Made by a program: the position numbers and the translations under genes | Notes under the pieces: model-generated | Told to the model about the DNA's origin: nothing | The model's database searches: none | Seen by the model: only the letters and a program-made list of their open reading frames with translations | In this document: positions 9,869 to 21,441 of the stretch, piece after piece | How positions within the stretch are numbered: the stretch's first letter is position 1 | Layout of the letters: every line of letters starts with the position of its first letter | IMG/VR virus record: IMGVR_UViG_3300035703_000044 | Coordinates: 29,765-93,764 of that record | DNA from: a virus | DNA length: 64,000 nt | Strand: one strand, 5' to 3'

Positions 9869-10067
9869 AGAAGTTGGAGCTGATATTGGAGAACCAGATT
9901 GTAAATTGATCGAACCATTTGTTCTTGATACTAATACGGAAACTTTGACACCTTGGTTAGTCAATGTTACAAATCAAAATACATTCATGATTAATTCGGA
10001 TAAGATTATTACAATTTCTGATCCCAAACCCACCCTTGTTGAAAAGTACCAGAACTTGATTAAATGA
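9810..10067 (+). CDS. Conserved cyanophage hypothetical protein
   Basis: DIGEPDCKL.EP segment; coupled to gp43. Confidence 0.6.
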   Translation: MENVKILVLMNNQILISQIEEVGADIGEPDCKLIEPFVLDTNTETLTPWLVNVTNQNTFMINSDKIITISDPKPTLVEKYQNLIK

Positions 10068-12562
10068 GATTTTATACCAACGTGCAAATGATCGGGAACC
10101 AGTTTCTCGTTCGTGGTTATGATAATGGTAAACATGTAATGTTCAAAGAAGAGTTTTCTCCAACTCTTTTTGTTCCTAGTAAAAAAGAATCAAAATATAA
10201 AACTCTTGATGGGGAGAATGTAGAACCTATTGTTCCTGGTTCTGTTCGAGACTGTCGAGAGTTTTACAAAAAATACGATGACGTAGATGGATTCAAGATC
10301 TATGGGAATGATCGTTATGTCTGTCAGTATATTTCTGACAAATATCCTGAGGATGAAATCAAGTTTGATATCTCAAAAATCAAACTGGTAACAGTTGATA
10401 TTGAGGTTGCTTCTGAGAATGGATTTCCAGATACGGAATCCGCATCGGAGGAAATGCTTACTATTACTATCCAAGACTACACCACAAAAAATATTATTAC
10501 TTGGGGTGTAAAACCATTCATCAATAAACAATCAAACGTTAAGTATATTGAATGTGAATCTGAGTATCAATTACTCCAGAGTTTCATGGACTACTGGACT
10601 AGAAATACTCCAGAAGTGATTACTGGATGGAACATTGAATTTTATGATATTCCTTACATTTGTCGTAGGTTGAATCGAGTTCTTGGTGAGAAGGTGATGA
10701 AATCATTTTCTCCTTGGGGGTTGGTTACTGAGAAAGAAGTTTATGTAAATGGTAGGAAACAAATTTGTTATGATATTGGTGGTCTCTCAGTTCTTGATTA
10801 CCTGCACCTGTACAAATGGTCTCCAGGAACTCCCAATCAAGAGAGTTATAGACTGGATTACATTGCTCAACAAGAACTTGGTCAACAGAAACTTGATCAC
10901 TCTGAGTATGATACTTTCAAAGAATTTTATACAAAGGGATGGCAAAAATTTGTTGAGTATAACATCATTGACGTAGAACTTGTAGACAAACTAGAGGATA
11001 AACTAAAGTTAATTGAACTTGCAATTACTCTTGCATATGATGCAAAGGTTAATTATGCAGATATTTTCTATCAAGTTCGAATGTGGGATAATATTATTTA
11101 CAATTATCTTAAAAAGAGGAACATAGTTATTCCCCCAAAGGTTAAGACAGAAAAGAGTGAGAAGTATGCTGGCGCATATGTAAAGGAACCTAAACCAGGA
11201 GTTTATGATTGGGTCGTTAACTTTGACCTTAACTCTCTATATCCTCACCTAATTATGATGTATAACATTTCACCAGAAACTCTGATGGATGAAAGACATC
11301 CTACATCGTCAGTTGATAGAATTCTCAACCAAGAAGTAAGTTTTGAACTGTATAAAAACTATGCAGTTTGTGCAAATGGGGCAATGTTCCGCAAGGATTC
11401 TCGTGGAATGCTTCCAGAACTTATGGAAAAGATGTATAACGAACGTGTTATCTTCAAAAAGAAGATGATTGAGGCAAAGAAAAAGTATGAGAAGACTCCA
11501 ACCAAAGAACTGGAGAAAGAAATCTCTAGGTGTAATAATATCCAGATGGCAAAGAAAATTTCACTTAACTCTGCCTATGGGGCCATTGGAAATCAGTACT
11601 TTCGTTACTATAAACTTGAGAATGCGGAGGCCATTACTCTTAGTGGACAGGTTGCCATCCGATGGATCGAAGGAAAAATGAATACATATCTGAATAAGAT
11701 TCTTAAAACAGAGGATGTGGATTATGTTATTGCTTCAGATACTGATTCTATCTACCTTAATATGGGTCCTTTGGTTGAACGTGTATTCAAAGGAAGAGAG
11801 AAAACTACTGAGGGCATTGTTTCGTTCCTTGATAAGGTCTGTCAAATGGAACTTGAAAAGTATATTGAGGGTTCTTACCAAGAATTGGCTGACTATGTGA
11901 ATGCTTATGATCAGAAGATGTTCATGAAACGTGAAAACATTGCTGATCGTGGTATTTGGACTGCAAAGAAACGTTATATTCTCAATGTATGGGATAGTGA
12001 AGGTGTTCGATACTCTGAACCCAAACTTAAAATCATGGGTATTGAGGCAGTAAAATCATCAACTCCCGCACCTTGTCGTAAGATGATTAAGGATGCACTT
12101 AAACTTATGATGAATGGAACTGAAGATGATGTAATTGACTTCATTGAAAAGAGTAGGAATGAGTTCAAGAAACTTCCTCCAGAACAAATCTCATTTCCGA
12201 GATCAGCTTCTGATGTAACTAAGTATTCTTCTAACTCAACAATCTATGAGAAAGGTACTCCAATCCATGTTAGGGGTGCATTACTCTTCAACTACTACAT
12301 CAAGAAGGAAAACCTCAAAAATAAATACTCTCTTATTCAGAATGGAGAAAAAATCAAGTTCTGTTACTTGAAGAAACCAAATCCAATTTATGAAAATGTG
12401 ATCTCATTCATTCAAGATTTTCCAAAGGAACTCAACCTTGACAAATACATAGACTACGAACTACAATTTGAGAAAGCATTTCTAGAACCCTTGAAAGGCA
12501 TCCTTGATGCTATTGGATGGAATGTAGAAAAAACCGTAAACCTTGATTCATTTTTCTTCTGA
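10064..12562 (+). CDS. gp43: Family B DNA polymerase
   Basis: DIE exonuclease motif, [21 protein letters not shown]; no intein or intron seen. Confidence 0.97.
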   Translation: MRFYTNVQMIGNQFLVRGYDNGKHVMFKEEFSPTLFVPSKKESKYKTLDGENVEPIVPGSVRDCREFYKKYDDVDGFKIYGNDRYVCQYISDKYPEDEIKFDISKIKLVTVDIEVASENGFPDTESASEEMLTITIQDYTTKNIITWGVKPFINKQSNVKYIECESEYQLLQSFMDYWTRNTPEVITGWNIEFYDIPYICRRLNRVLGEKVMKSFSPWGLVTEKEVYVNGRKQICYDIGGLSVLDYLHLYKWSPGTPNQESYRLDYIAQQELGQQKLDHSEYDTFKEFYTKGWQKFVEYNIIDVELVDKLEDKLKLIELAITLAYDAKVNYADIFYQVRMWDNIIYNYLKKRNIVIPPKVKTEKSEKYAGAYVKEPKPGVYDWVVNFDLNSLYPHLIMMYNISPETLMDERHPTSSVDRILNQEVSFELYKNYAVCANGAMFRKDSRGMLPELMEKMYNERVIFKKKMIEAKKKYEKTPTKELEKEISRCNNIQMAKKISLNSAYGAIGNQYFRYYKLENAEAITLSGQVAIRWIEGKMNTYLNKILKTEDVDYVIASDTDSIYLNMGPLVERVFKGREKTTEGIVSFLDKVCQMELEKYIEGSYQELADYVNAYDQKMFMKRENIADRGIWTAKKRYILNVWDSEGVRYSEPKLKIMGIEAVKSSTPAPCRKMIKDALKLMMNGTEDDVIDFIEKSRNEFKKLPPEQISFPRSASDVTKYSSNSTIYEKGTPIHVRGALLFNYYIKKENLKNKYSLIQNGEKIKFCYLKKPNPIYENVISFIQDFPKELNLDKYIDYELQFEKAFLEPLKGILDAIGWNVEKTVNLDSFFF

Positions 12563-13569
12563 TGGACTTCTTAAAAGATATTGTAAAAGAAATAGGTGAC
12601 GACTTTACTAAGTTGGCATCAGATATTGACGAAACAGAAACTTATGTTGATACGGGTTCATACATTTTTAATGCACTGGTCTCAGGTAGTGTATTTGGTG
12701 GTGTATCTGGGAATAAGATTACTGCTATTGCTGGAGAGTCTTCTACTGGAAAGACTTTTTTCTCTCTCGCCGTGGTTAAGAACTTTCTTGATTCTAATCC
12801 CGATGGTTACTGTCTCTACTTTGACACTGAAGCTGCTATCACTAAATCACTTATAGAATCCCGTGGAATTGATACTACTCGTCTGGTTGTTGTTAACGTT
12901 GTTACTATTGAGGAGTTTCGTACAAAGGCACTCAAAGCCGTAGATATGTATTTGAAAGCTCCAGTAGAAGATCGCAAACCTTGTATGTTTGTGTTAGACT
13001 CTTTGGGAATGCTTTCTACAACCAAAGAAATTACCGATGCACTGAATGAAAAGGAAGTTCGGGATATGACTAAATCCCAACTTATCAAAGGTGCATTCCG
13101 AATGCTCACACTCAAACTAGGACAAGCAAATGTACCACTCATTGTCACAAATCATACATACGATGTCATCGGAGCTTATGTACCAACGAAAGAAATGGGG
13201 GGAGGTTCTGGACTCAAATACGCAGCAAGTACGATCATTTATCTCAGCAAGAAAAAAGAAAAGGATGGAACGGAAGTGGTCGGAAATATTATCAAGGCTA
13301 AGACTGCTAAATCGCGTTTGAGTAAAGAGAATAAAGATGTTGAAGTTCGTCTTTACTACGATGAGCGTGGTCTTGATCGTTACTATGGTCTTCTTGAACT
13401 CGGTGAGATTGGTGGACTTTGGAAGAATGTAGCCGGTCGATATGAGATTGATGGTAAGAAGATTTATGCTAAACAGATTCTAAAGGAACCTGAACTATAC
13501 TTCACAGAAGAAGTAATGCAACAACTGGATCAAATCGCACGTAAGGAATTTAGTTATGGAGAAAGTTGA
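12562..13569 (+). CDS. uvsX: RecA-like recombinase
   Basis: [23 protein letters not shown]. Confidence 0.95.
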   Translation: MDFLKDIVKEIGDDFTKLASDIDETETYVDTGSYIFNALVSGSVFGGVSGNKITAIAGESSTGKTFFSLAVVKNFLDSNPDGYCLYFDTEAAITKSLIESRGIDTTRLVVVNVVTIEEFRTKALKAVDMYLKAPVEDRKPCMFVLDSLGMLSTTKEITDALNEKEVRDMTKSQLIKGAFRMLTLKLGQANVPLIVTNHTYDVIGAYVPTKEMGGGSGLKYAASTIIYLSKKKEKDGTEVVGNIIKAKTAKSRLSKENKDVEVRLYYDERGLDRYYGLLELGEIGGLWKNVAGRYEIDGKKIYAKQILKEPELYFTEEVMQQLDQIARKEFSYGES

Positions 13570-14932
13570 GTTTCTAATTCTTAGGAACCTATTACATAAT
13601 GAAGAATACATTCGTAAGGTAATACCATTTCTAAAATCTGAGTATTTTGAAGATACAAATCAAAGAATTGTCTTTGAAGAAATTCTATCCTTCATCCAAG
13701 AATACAATCAACCTGCAACTAAAGAAGTTCTTTGTATTGAGGTAGAAAATCGTAAAGACATTAATGACACTTCTTTTAAGGAAATCGTTCATCTTATCAA
13801 TAATTTGGATAATGTTCCTGTTGAACTGGAGTGGTTGATTGATACTACTGAAAAGTGGTGTCGTGATCGTGCAATCTACATCGCACTTATGGAATCAATC
13901 CATATTGCAGATGGTAAAGATGAGAAAAAGAATCGTGATAGTATTCCAAGTATTCTTTCAGATGCCTTATCAGTATCTTTCGATACACACATCGGACACG
14001 ATTATCTGTTAGACTACGAACAACGTTATGAGTCCTATCATAGAAAGGAAGAGAAAATTGAATTCGACCTTGAATATTTTAACAAGATCACAAAAGGTGG
14101 TTTACCTAATAAGACTCTTAATATCGCTCTGGCTGGTACGGGTGTCGGAAAGAGTCTCTTTATGTGCCATGTTGCTTCTTCCGTCTTATTGCAAGGCCGC
14201 AACGTTCTCTACATCACTCTTGAGATGGCGGAGGAACGAATTGCTGAAAGAATTGATGCAAACCTCCTGAACGTTCCTATTCAAGATATTGGTAACCTTC
14301 CAAAACAGATGTTTGAAAGTAAGGTAACCAATCTTTCCAAGAAAACTCAAGGTACTTTGATTATTAAAGAGTACCCTACTGCATCTGCACACTCTGGACA
14401 TTTCAAGTCTCTTCTGAATGAACTTGCATTGAAGAAGTCTTTCCGTCCTGATATCATCTTTATTGACTATCTGAACATCTGTGCATCTTCGAGATACAAA
14501 GGTAATCTTTCTGTGAACTCTTATTCTTATATTAAGGCAATTGCAGAAGAACTTCGTGGTCTTGCAGTGGAGTTTAATGTTCCTATTGTAAGTGCCACTC
14601 AGACAACTCGTTCTGGTTATGGTAGTTCTGATGTGGAACTGACTGATACCTCAGAAAGTTTTGGTCTCCCTGCTACTGCTGACTTGATGTTTGCGTTGAT
14701 TTCTACAGAAGATTTGGAAGGTCTTGGTCAAATTCTAGTCAAACAACTTAAGAACCGATATAATGACCCTACCATTCATAAGCGTTTCGTGATTGGTATT
14801 GATCGCGCTAAGATGCGTCTTTATGACTGCGAACAATCTGCTCAACAAGATATCCTTGACAATGGAAAGGATGAGGAGTATGATTATGAAGAAAAGAAAC
14901 CAAAGAAAACATTTGAGGGATTTAAATTCTGA
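13556..14932 (+). CDS. gp41: Replicative helicase
   Basis: [27 protein letters not shown]. Confidence 0.95.
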   Translation: MEKVEFLILRNLLHNEEYIRKVIPFLKSEYFEDTNQRIVFEEILSFIQEYNQPATKEVLCIEVENRKDINDTSFKEIVHLINNLDNVPVELEWLIDTTEKWCRDRAIYIALMESIHIADGKDEKKNRDSIPSILSDALSVSFDTHIGHDYLLDYEQRYESYHRKEEKIEFDLEYFNKITKGGLPNKTLNIALAGTGVGKSLFMCHVASSVLLQGRNVLYITLEMAEERIAERIDANLLNVPIQDIGNLPKQMFESKVTNLSKKTQGTLIIKEYPTASAHSGHFKSLLNELALKKSFRPDIIFIDYLNICASSRYKGNLSVNSYSYIKAIAEELRGLAVEFNVPIVSATQTTRSGYGSSDVELTDTSESFGLPATADLMFALISTEDLEGLGQILVKQLKNRYNDPTIHKRFVIGIDRAKMRLYDCEQSAQQDILDNGKDEEYDYEEKKPKKTFEGFKF

Positions 14933-14933
14933 T

Positions 14934-15347
14934 ATGACACAAGTTATTGATACAAACAAATATATTGAATTCGTTCGCCAAACTACAAGTCCTGCAAGCA
15001 GTGACTTTGCTCAACTTCTTTCTCGTCTGACTGAACTTGAAGCAACTGCTGATGCTGATGTTCCTCGCCTTCTTACTGCTGCTCTTGGTATGAGTGCTGA
15101 ATGTGGAGAACTGGTAGAAATTATCAAGAAAATTCTACTGCAGGGAAAATCTTATAATGAAGACAATGTTATTCATATGAAAAAAGAAGCAGGTGATGTA
15201 CTTTGGTATATGTCTCAACTTTGTATTGCTCTTGATACTACATTTGAAGAACTGATGGAAATCAATTATCAAAAACTATCGGCAAGATATCCAGAAGGAA
15301 CTTTTTCTGTCTATAAGTCAGAAAATAGGGCAGAAGGGGATATTTGA
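14934..15347 (+). CDS. mazG: MazG-like NTP pyrophosphohydrolase
   Basis: E.GE..EIIKK, E.GDVLWY, N..KL..RYP. Confidence 0.88.
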   Translation: MTQVIDTNKYIEFVRQTTSPASSDFAQLLSRLTELEATADADVPRLLTAALGMSAECGELVEIIKKILLQGKSYNEDNVIHMKKEAGDVLWYMSQLCIALDTTFEELMEINYQKLSARYPEGTFSVYKSENRAEGDI

Positions 15348-15352
15348 TTTAT

Positions 15353-15376
15353 GGAGGTTGAAAAACCTCCTTTTTT
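15353..15376 (+). terminator. Intrinsic terminator
   Basis: GGAGGTT/AACCTCC stem plus T6. Confidence 0.7.
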
Positions 15377-15400
15377 GTTATTTCTATAATCTCTATAATT

Positions 15401-15408
15401 TATAAATA
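15401..15408 (+). promoter_or_regulatory. Late promoter TATAAATA
   Basis: Exact consensus upstream of the second endonuclease. Confidence 0.7.
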
Positions 15409-15429
15409 ATGATAGAGTTAAAGTCAATT

Positions 15430-16158
15430 ATGAATTATATTGTGTATGCATATTGTAATGAATTTGGAAAATTTTATTATATTGGTAGAGGGAGAGTAGG
15501 TAGAGAAATTGAAAATCATAAAAGGATAAAAGTTCCTCCTAGAGAAAGAATTTTAATACTCCATAAAAATCTAACTAAACAAGAAAGTGTTGATTATGAA
15601 AAAGGTTTAATTAAATTTTATGGAAGAAAAATTGATGGTGGAATATTAGAAAATTTAAGTATAGGTGGGCATTGTGGTTCTGAAGGAGTTCCTCCTTGGA
15701 ATAAAGGTAAAAAATGTGAATATATTTCAGAATCAAATAGTAGAAGAATTGGTGAATTGCATCCTTTTTATGGAAAACCTTTACCAAAAAAGATGAGAGA
15801 TAAGATTAGCCAATCCAACAAAGGAAAAAAACATACTGAAGAATCAAAAAATAAAATTAGTGAGAGTAATCTTGGAATTAAAAAAACAGAGGAACACAGA
15901 AAAAATATAAGTAAAGGTAAAAAAGGTATGAAGCAATCTGAAACTCATAGACAAAATAATTCTAAAAGTAAGTGTAAGTTTTTATATAAAATTGAAACTC
16001 CCACTGGAGAAATTGTTGAAACTGAAAATATGAGGAAATTTAGTATTGAAAATAATCTACCTCCAGCATCTATGCATAGGTTATCTACTGGTCAGTATAT
16101 TGAATATCGTGGATATAAATTAGTTGATAAGATTGAGTTAATAGTGAAACCAACTTGA
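15430..16158 (+). CDS. Free-standing GIY-YIG-type homing endonuclease with NUMOD3 repeats
   Basis: YIVYAY...YYIGRG module; repeated GKKHTEE.K.KIS-type motifs; very AT-rich. Confidence 0.78.
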   Translation: MNYIVYAYCNEFGKFYYIGRGRVGREIENHKRIKVPPRERILILHKNLTKQESVDYEKGLIKFYGRKIDGGILENLSIGGHCGSEGVPPWNKGKKCEYISESNSRRIGELHPFYGKPLPKKMRDKISQSNKGKKHTEESKNKISESNLGIKKTEEHRKNISKGKKGMKQSETHRQNNSKSKCKFLYKIETPTGEIVETENMRKFSIENNLPPASMHRLSTGQYIEYRGYKLVDKIELIVKPT

Positions 16159-16203
16159 CTTTATTTTTTTTGTGTGGTATAATCAAACAGAAAAGGAGAA
16201 AAT

Positions 16204-16392
16204 ATGAAAACACTAACATCTTTTATTGCTCCAGAAAAATCAAAGTTTATGTTCCAAAATACCCCTCAAGGACCTGTGATGTGGGTTGTGTCTGATGAAG
16301 GCAACCAGAAACTTTTTAGATTTCGTGGAAAAACAATCCGTGATACTAACAAAAACTTTTTACACATGAAATATTATTTGGAGGAAGTATGA
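16204..16392 (+). CDS. Hypothetical protein
   Basis: AGGAG RBS; TTGACT-17-TATAAT promoter upstream. Confidence 0.6.
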   Translation: MKTLTSFIAPEKSKFMFQNTPQGPVMWVVSDEGNQKLFRFRGKTIRDTNKNFLHMKYYLEEV

Positions 16393-16574
16393 GTAAAGAA
16401 AAGCAAGTAACTGTTAAAATGGATGCTCGTACTGCGGCTGCAGTTCGTCAAGTTTTATTTGATTCTCAAAAAGGATACACTTATGATGAAGTAAGTGTTC
16501 CTCCTCGAATTTCTGATATTCGTGGAGTTATTGTGCAACTTGATGAAAGTATTGGTACTGCTCTTGGTGTTTGA
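16389..16574 (+). CDS. Hypothetical protein
   Basis: GGAGG RBS, ATGA coupling, terminator follows. Confidence 0.65.
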   Translation: MSKEKQVTVKMDARTAAAVRQVLFDSQKGYTYDEVSVPPRISDIRGVIVQLDESIGTALGV

Positions 16575-16601
16575 CCCTTCGGGGTCTTTTTTTTATAAAT
16601 A
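16573..16601 (+). terminator. Terminator fused to late promoter TATAAATA (16594-16601)
   Basis: GACCC-TTCG-GGGTC plus T-tract running into TATAAATA. Confidence 0.75.
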
Positions 16602-16623
16602 ACTAAAAAAGTATTTGCAAAAA

Positions 16624-17295
16624 ATGGATACCAAAGATCTTAAGGGTTTGATGGAAGCATATTCTGAAGTTTATGCTCCTCAAGAAGTTGATGAAGCACT
16701 AGATAAGAGATTTGATTCAATGAGAAAGCGTGGTGGAAGAAGTGCTCCTCCAGAAGAGCGTTCTGTTGGTGGTGAAATGAATAGAAAAAATAAAGATTAT
16801 TGGGCAGATACTCTAGGTAAAGGTAGAGATAGAGGAAAGGGCAGTAAAGCAGCAAGAAGAGTAGCAGCACTTAAGAATGAAGAACTTGATATCTTTGACG
16901 TGGTTCTTGAGTTTCTCCAAGTAGAAGGGTTTGCAGAAACTCTGGAAGAAGCAGAGTGGATGATGGCGAATGTGATTGATGAGGAAGCAATTGGTATTAT
17001 TCTTGGTGAAGCTAATAAAGAAAATAAGCAAAAAAAGAACGATGCTATTTCTAAAATAATTCAGAAAAAACTTCATCCTTCAGTTTTACCATCATTAACT
17101 TATGGTAGAAGAGAATTGAAAAAAGAAGATTATGTAAATGAAGCACAACACGCTCGTGAGAACCCAGAGAAGTATGAAAGAGAGCAGGCAAAGAAATCTG
17201 CTCCTGTTCGTGGAGAAAGAACTCCTATGCCACCAAGAGGTGATAAGCGTAGAGAGGACTTTGAGAAGTGGTATGCTAAACAGATGGGTCGCTGA
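16624..17295 (+). CDS. Late modular protein, probable capsid-internal protein
   Basis: Late promoter; alternating acidic and basic blocks separated by [VIL]xE-A sites. Confidence 0.5.
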   Translation: MDTKDLKGLMEAYSEVYAPQEVDEALDKRFDSMRKRGGRSAPPEERSVGGEMNRKNKDYWADTLGKGRDRGKGSKAARRVAALKNEELDIFDVVLEFLQVEGFAETLEEAEWMMANVIDEEAIGIILGEANKENKQKKNDAISKIIQKKLHPSVLPSLTYGRRELKKEDYVNEAQHARENPEKYEREQAKKSAPVRGERTPMPPRGDKRREDFEKWYAKQMGR

Positions 17296-17362
17296 TAAAT
17301 AAATCGGAAGGTTGCTCTAACCCCTTGACTTTTTAGTTGAGGGGTTTTATAATGTCTTTATT

Positions 17363-17436
17363 GGGGGATTAGCTCAGTTGGTAGTAGCGCATCCTTTGCA
17401 AGGATGATGTCATCGGTTCGAGTCCGATATCTTCCA
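17363..17436 (+). tRNA. tRNA-Ala(UGC)
   Basis: Cloverleaf, anticodon arm CATCC-TTTGCAA-GGATG, G3:U70; promoter TTGACT-17-TATAAT upstream. Confidence 0.92.
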
Positions 17437-17467
17437 CTTCTAAATACTTGAAAGAGTATTTCTATAG

Positions 17468-18862
17468 ATGTCTAGATTTTCTGGTAAGGATACAGAAACT
17501 TATACTGAGATCTTAGCTCAAGTTTGCTTAGCATATTCTATATCTACAAATAAACCATTAACAAAAGGTGAGTTAATAACGGGATCAACTTTAAATCCAA
17601 AAGTTGTTTCTTTAATTAGTAGGTATATGATAACTCAATCTAGTGTTAATCTAACAAGAACTAGTTTTACTTCCGGATTTGTTGAATATATTAAAGGTGA
17701 TGTTAGTTCTGGATTAAATTGGGTAGATGCTCAAGGTAGAAATATGATGGAGGTAAAGAAGAGATTTAAAATAGGAACAAAACATAAAGTTTATAATGAT
17801 AAACTTTTTGAAGGAGGGCAGTCGGATAATAATCCATATACTGCATTTTTGAGAGCAAAAACTGGAGCAAAAACTGATAAATGGAATCCTGCTGATATTT
17901 GGGTGATGAATTTGGAGGGAAGACAAGCATTAAAAAGATTGAATAGGAGAGTTCAAACAAGATCAAAAGTATCTCTTGAATATTGTAATCAATTTTTGGC
18001 AGATCAATTTTCTAAAGGTAATATCATTCCAATTTCTTTAAAAAAACCTCAAAAAACTCCACATATTGATATTGTTAATAGTAACGAATATGTAACTAGA
18101 ATTTCTCTTGGAAAGTCTCCTAATCCTACAATTGAATATGACTATGGAAATAAAGATGTGAAAATTAATTTTACTATTGAAACTGTTGAACTTGCCAAAG
18201 GACAAAAAGCATCAACAGCAAGAAGAAATCCGAATAGCATCACAGGTAAAGTAGTTCCTGGATCCGAAAAGCATATCAGGTTAAAATATCACGTAGACAA
18301 TAAAAAAGTAGAACTTGAATATTCTCAAACTGGAAAGGGAATGAATTATGCTGCTGCAAAGATGGGAAATCTTGGTGCAGATAATTTTCAAAAAATTATT
18401 AATCAAACTTCAAGGCAGGGGGTAAATAAACTTAATAACATTCAATCAAAATATGATGATATTGATATCAAAACTAATCCTTGGTTTAATGGAAAACAAC
18501 TTGGTGTTGTTAAAGCAAGAAAAGAAGTTTCAAAAATTGCTCCACATTATGATAGAATTGCAGAATATGTTGGTGAAATATGGAAAGAAATTAATGGAAA
18601 CAATTTTGATTCTGGAAAAATGCGTGAACCAGACGCAATTTGGAGTAAAGCAAGAGCTGGTGAATTGGGATTATCTATACATTCCATTTCAAATGAGCAA
18701 GTTAAAAAACGAGTAATTCAAAATTTATATGAAGCAGCTGCTTCCATTAGTTACGTTACTGGATTAAATAAAGACGAAATGGAATTGGAGAAAGAAGTTG
18801 GTATGGATCCTTCTCCAAGAAAAACTAATTTTAATGCTAGTGTCTACGTAAAAGTATATTAA
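17468..18862 (+). CDS. Hypothetical protein, possible PD-(D/E)xK-type nuclease
   Basis: 464 aa, basic, with DKWNPADIW...ISLKK motif. Confidence 0.45.
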   Translation: MSRFSGKDTETYTEILAQVCLAYSISTNKPLTKGELITGSTLNPKVVSLISRYMITQSSVNLTRTSFTSGFVEYIKGDVSSGLNWVDAQGRNMMEVKKRFKIGTKHKVYNDKLFEGGQSDNNPYTAFLRAKTGAKTDKWNPADIWVMNLEGRQALKRLNRRVQTRSKVSLEYCNQFLADQFSKGNIIPISLKKPQKTPHIDIVNSNEYVTRISLGKSPNPTIEYDYGNKDVKINFTIETVELAKGQKASTARRNPNSITGKVVPGSEKHIRLKYHVDNKKVELEYSQTGKGMNYAAAKMGNLGADNFQKIINQTSRQGVNKLNNIQSKYDDIDIKTNPWFNGKQLGVVKARKEVSKIAPHYDRIAEYVGEIWKEINGNNFDSGKMREPDAIWSKARAGELGLSIHSISNEQVKKRVIQNLYEAAASISYVTGLNKDEMELEKEVGMDPSPRKTNFNASVYVKVY

Positions 18863-18888
18863 TAAATATAAGTATATCAAGATAAACC

Positions 18889-20181
18889 ATGAAGAGTTTT
18901 TTCCAATTTCTAACTGAGGCAAAAGAATCGCAAGCATCCGCTCAAGCGAGGAAACTCAACCTCAAGAGTGATGGACACGGGGGATGGTATGATTCCCGTG
19001 GAGAATTTGTTGCGAAAACAGAAGCAGGAAAACTCAAGTTTTATGATAAGGGAGAAAAGGTAGGTCAGAAGGATCAACCAAAGGAACCCGCAGAAAAGGC
19101 AAAACCTGCAAAGAAACCAACTGCAAAACCACAACCAACTACAACAACTCAAAAGAAATCTCCAGCAAAACCAGAAGGAGAAGGTGGAACTGGAGAGATT
19201 AGTGATACTTTAACTGTTGCTTTTGGACGTTTCAATCCACCAACAGTAGGACATGAGAAACTTTTAAAGTCTGCTAGTAAGGTTGCTACTGGTGGAGATC
19301 TTAAGATTTATCCTTCAAGAACTCAGGATCCTAAGAAGAATCCATTAGATCCTGATATGAAGATCTCGTTTATGAAAAAGATGTTCCCCGATTTTGAAGA
19401 TAATATTATTAATGATGATGAGATGAAATCAATCTTTAATGTATTGATTGCAGCAGCAGAAGCAGGATATGCAAATGTTAATATTGTTGTAGGTTCTGAT
19501 CGTCAAGCAGAATTTGAGAACCTTGCACAGAAATACAATGGTGATCTTTATGACTTTGATCTTATTCGTGTCATCTCTGCAGGTGTGAGAGATGCTGATG
19601 CGGAGGGTGTATCGGGAATGTCTGCTTCCAAGATGAGAAAGGCTGTGATGGATGATGACTTTGAATCATTCCGTAAAGGAACTCCCAAGACTCTTGATGA
19701 TGGTGATGCACGTTCTTTATTTGATGCAGTCCGTCAAGGAATGGGCGCAAAGAAATCTAAAGTTCAGAAAGAAGGATATGCTCTCTGGGAGATTGCTCCT
19801 AAGTTTGATATGTGGAATCTCCGTGAACATTATGTCACCAAGAAAATCTTTAGAATTGGTGATATTGTTGAGAACTTAAACACTGGATTGGTTGGTGAAA
19901 TCATTCGTAGAGGTGCAAATCATCTTATTTGTGTAACTGAAGAGGGTTGGATGTTTAAGTCTTGGATTAAAGATGTGATGGAATATAATGAAGTTAAGAT
20001 GGAAAGAAAGATGAGAGTTCCTGGAAAGCCAAACACTTTGGTTGGAACTGGTGGATACTTTAAATATGTTGCTGATATGACTCCTGGATTTAATAAAGGT
20101 GACAAGATGAATCTTCAACCTGGAGCAAAACCTTATAGTGGTATTAAGAATTTCATAAATAAGTATAAGGTCAAGAAGTAA
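18889..20181 (+). CDS. HIGH-superfamily nucleotidyltransferase (cyanophage cytidylyltransferase)
   Basis: FGRFNPPTVGHEKL, VVGSDR, MSASKMR motifs; N-terminal MKSFFQFLTEA. Confidence 0.8.
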   Translation: MKSFFQFLTEAKESQASAQARKLNLKSDGHGGWYDSRGEFVAKTEAGKLKFYDKGEKVGQKDQPKEPAEKAKPAKKPTAKPQPTTTTQKKSPAKPEGEGGTGEISDTLTVAFGRFNPPTVGHEKLLKSASKVATGGDLKIYPSRTQDPKKNPLDPDMKISFMKKMFPDFEDNIINDDEMKSIFNVLIAAAEAGYANVNIVVGSDRQAEFENLAQKYNGDLYDFDLIRVISAGVRDADAEGVSGMSASKMRKAVMDDDFESFRKGTPKTLDDGDARSLFDAVRQGMGAKKSKVQKEGYALWEIAPKFDMWNLREHYVTKKIFRIGDIVENLNTGLVGEIIRRGANHLICVTEEGWMFKSWIKDVMEYNEVKMERKMRVPGKPNTLVGTGGYFKYVADMTPGFNKGDKMNLQPGAKPYSGIKNFINKYKVKK

Positions 20182-20194
20182 CACACTTATACTC

Positions 20195-21382
20195 ATGTCA
20201 ATGAACATCCTTAACGATATTTCTGCAGTCTATCTTCAACAGGTTGCTGAGAAGAAAGATGATTCATATCTTGAGAAAGATATGAAGAAACGTCACGAGA
20301 ATAACGAGAAGGCTCGTGAAGAAATGAAGAGGACTAAGGCAAATAAGGATATGGTGAAGGCTGCCAGAAAGTCTATGGGTGTTGAAGATGATGATGACGA
20401 TGATGATATCAACGAAGCAGTAAAAGGTGTTGATACTGGAATGAGAAAAGCAGCATCTGCCGAAAGAAGATCGGGAGATAAGAGACTTGCTCCTTCTAAA
20501 GGAAAGGGGTATGCGGATCAACAAAAACAAAGTATTGCCTACATGGATAAGGTAACGAAGAAAAATAAAAATGTTGTTGGATTAGTAACTAAGGAAGCAC
20601 TTGATCCAGTAGGGAAAGAGGATTCTGATATTGATAATGATGGTGATACTGATAGTTCAGATAAGTATCTTCATAAGAGAAGAAAGGCAATTGGTAAGGC
20701 AATGAAAAAAGAAAAGATGAAAGAGTCTTTTTCAAACTGGAGACAAGATCTTGCTGAAGTGATGGGTGATGTTGAATCAAACAAAGAAGTTAAAGAAAAG
20801 AAGGTCAATAATAAGATTAAGATTAATCCAGAGATGAAGGAGGCAGTTGAGGAACTTGGTGGTGAACTGATTGAGATGGTTGAACTTGATGAGAAGGCAC
20901 TCAGCAAGCAACAACAAAAGTTTATGGGAATGGTTTATGCTGTAAAGAAGGGTGAGATGAAAGCACCATCACCTGAAGTTGCAAAGGCAGCTGCAGGTAT
21001 GAGTAAGAAATCTGCAAGAGACTTTGCAAAGACTAAACATAAAGGACTCCCTCAAGTTAAAGAAGATGTTCTTAATGAAAGAGAACATGATGAACCAGGA
21101 GAAGGTCCAAGACAAAAATATGGCGATATGCGTGGTATAGATAGAGGAACTGGTAATGAAGTAAAATTTGGTGGAAAGTGGCAAAGTAAAGAAAGAAAAG
21201 AAGCTGGTGCTGCAGCACTTGCTAAACTGAAGTCTAAAGAAAATGGAATACGTGAAATGGAAGAACCTACCATGGAACCATCACAAGATAAAACTAGTGA
21301 TATGCAAAAGAAAAAAATTCAGGTTCAAAAGGTAAGAGACTTAACAACCAGATTACAGGCTGCAAGAAAAGGAGTTTATTAA
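20195..21382 (+). CDS. Late modular protein with DUF3008-like segment
   Basis: SKQQQKFMGM...DFAKTKHKGLP segment; DxDNDGDxD motif; CATAAATA upstream. Confidence 0.55.
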   Translation: MSMNILNDISAVYLQQVAEKKDDSYLEKDMKKRHENNEKAREEMKRTKANKDMVKAARKSMGVEDDDDDDDINEAVKGVDTGMRKAASAERRSGDKRLAPSKGKGYADQQKQSIAYMDKVTKKNKNVVGLVTKEALDPVGKEDSDIDNDGDTDSSDKYLHKRRKAIGKAMKKEKMKESFSNWRQDLAEVMGDVESNKEVKEKKVNNKIKINPEMKEAVEELGGELIEMVELDEKALSKQQQKFMGMVYAVKKGEMKAPSPEVAKAAAGMSKKSARDFAKTKHKGLPQVKEDVLNEREHDEPGEGPRQKYGDMRGIDRGTGNEVKFGGKWQSKERKEAGAAALAKLKSKENGIREMEEPTMEPSQDKTSDMQKKKIQVQKVRDLTTRLQAARKGVY

Positions 21383-21441
21383 TCTCTTTTTAAGAGTAAT
21401 ATTTTCTAAATAACTTTGAATCCACTTATACGGAGGTTATT

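Noticed and set aside
12540-12564. Possible gp43-uvsX frameshift at TCA TTT TTC TTC TGA
   Set aside because: A_TTT_TTC is not a canonical heptamer, and the TGATG overlap is ordinary translational coupling
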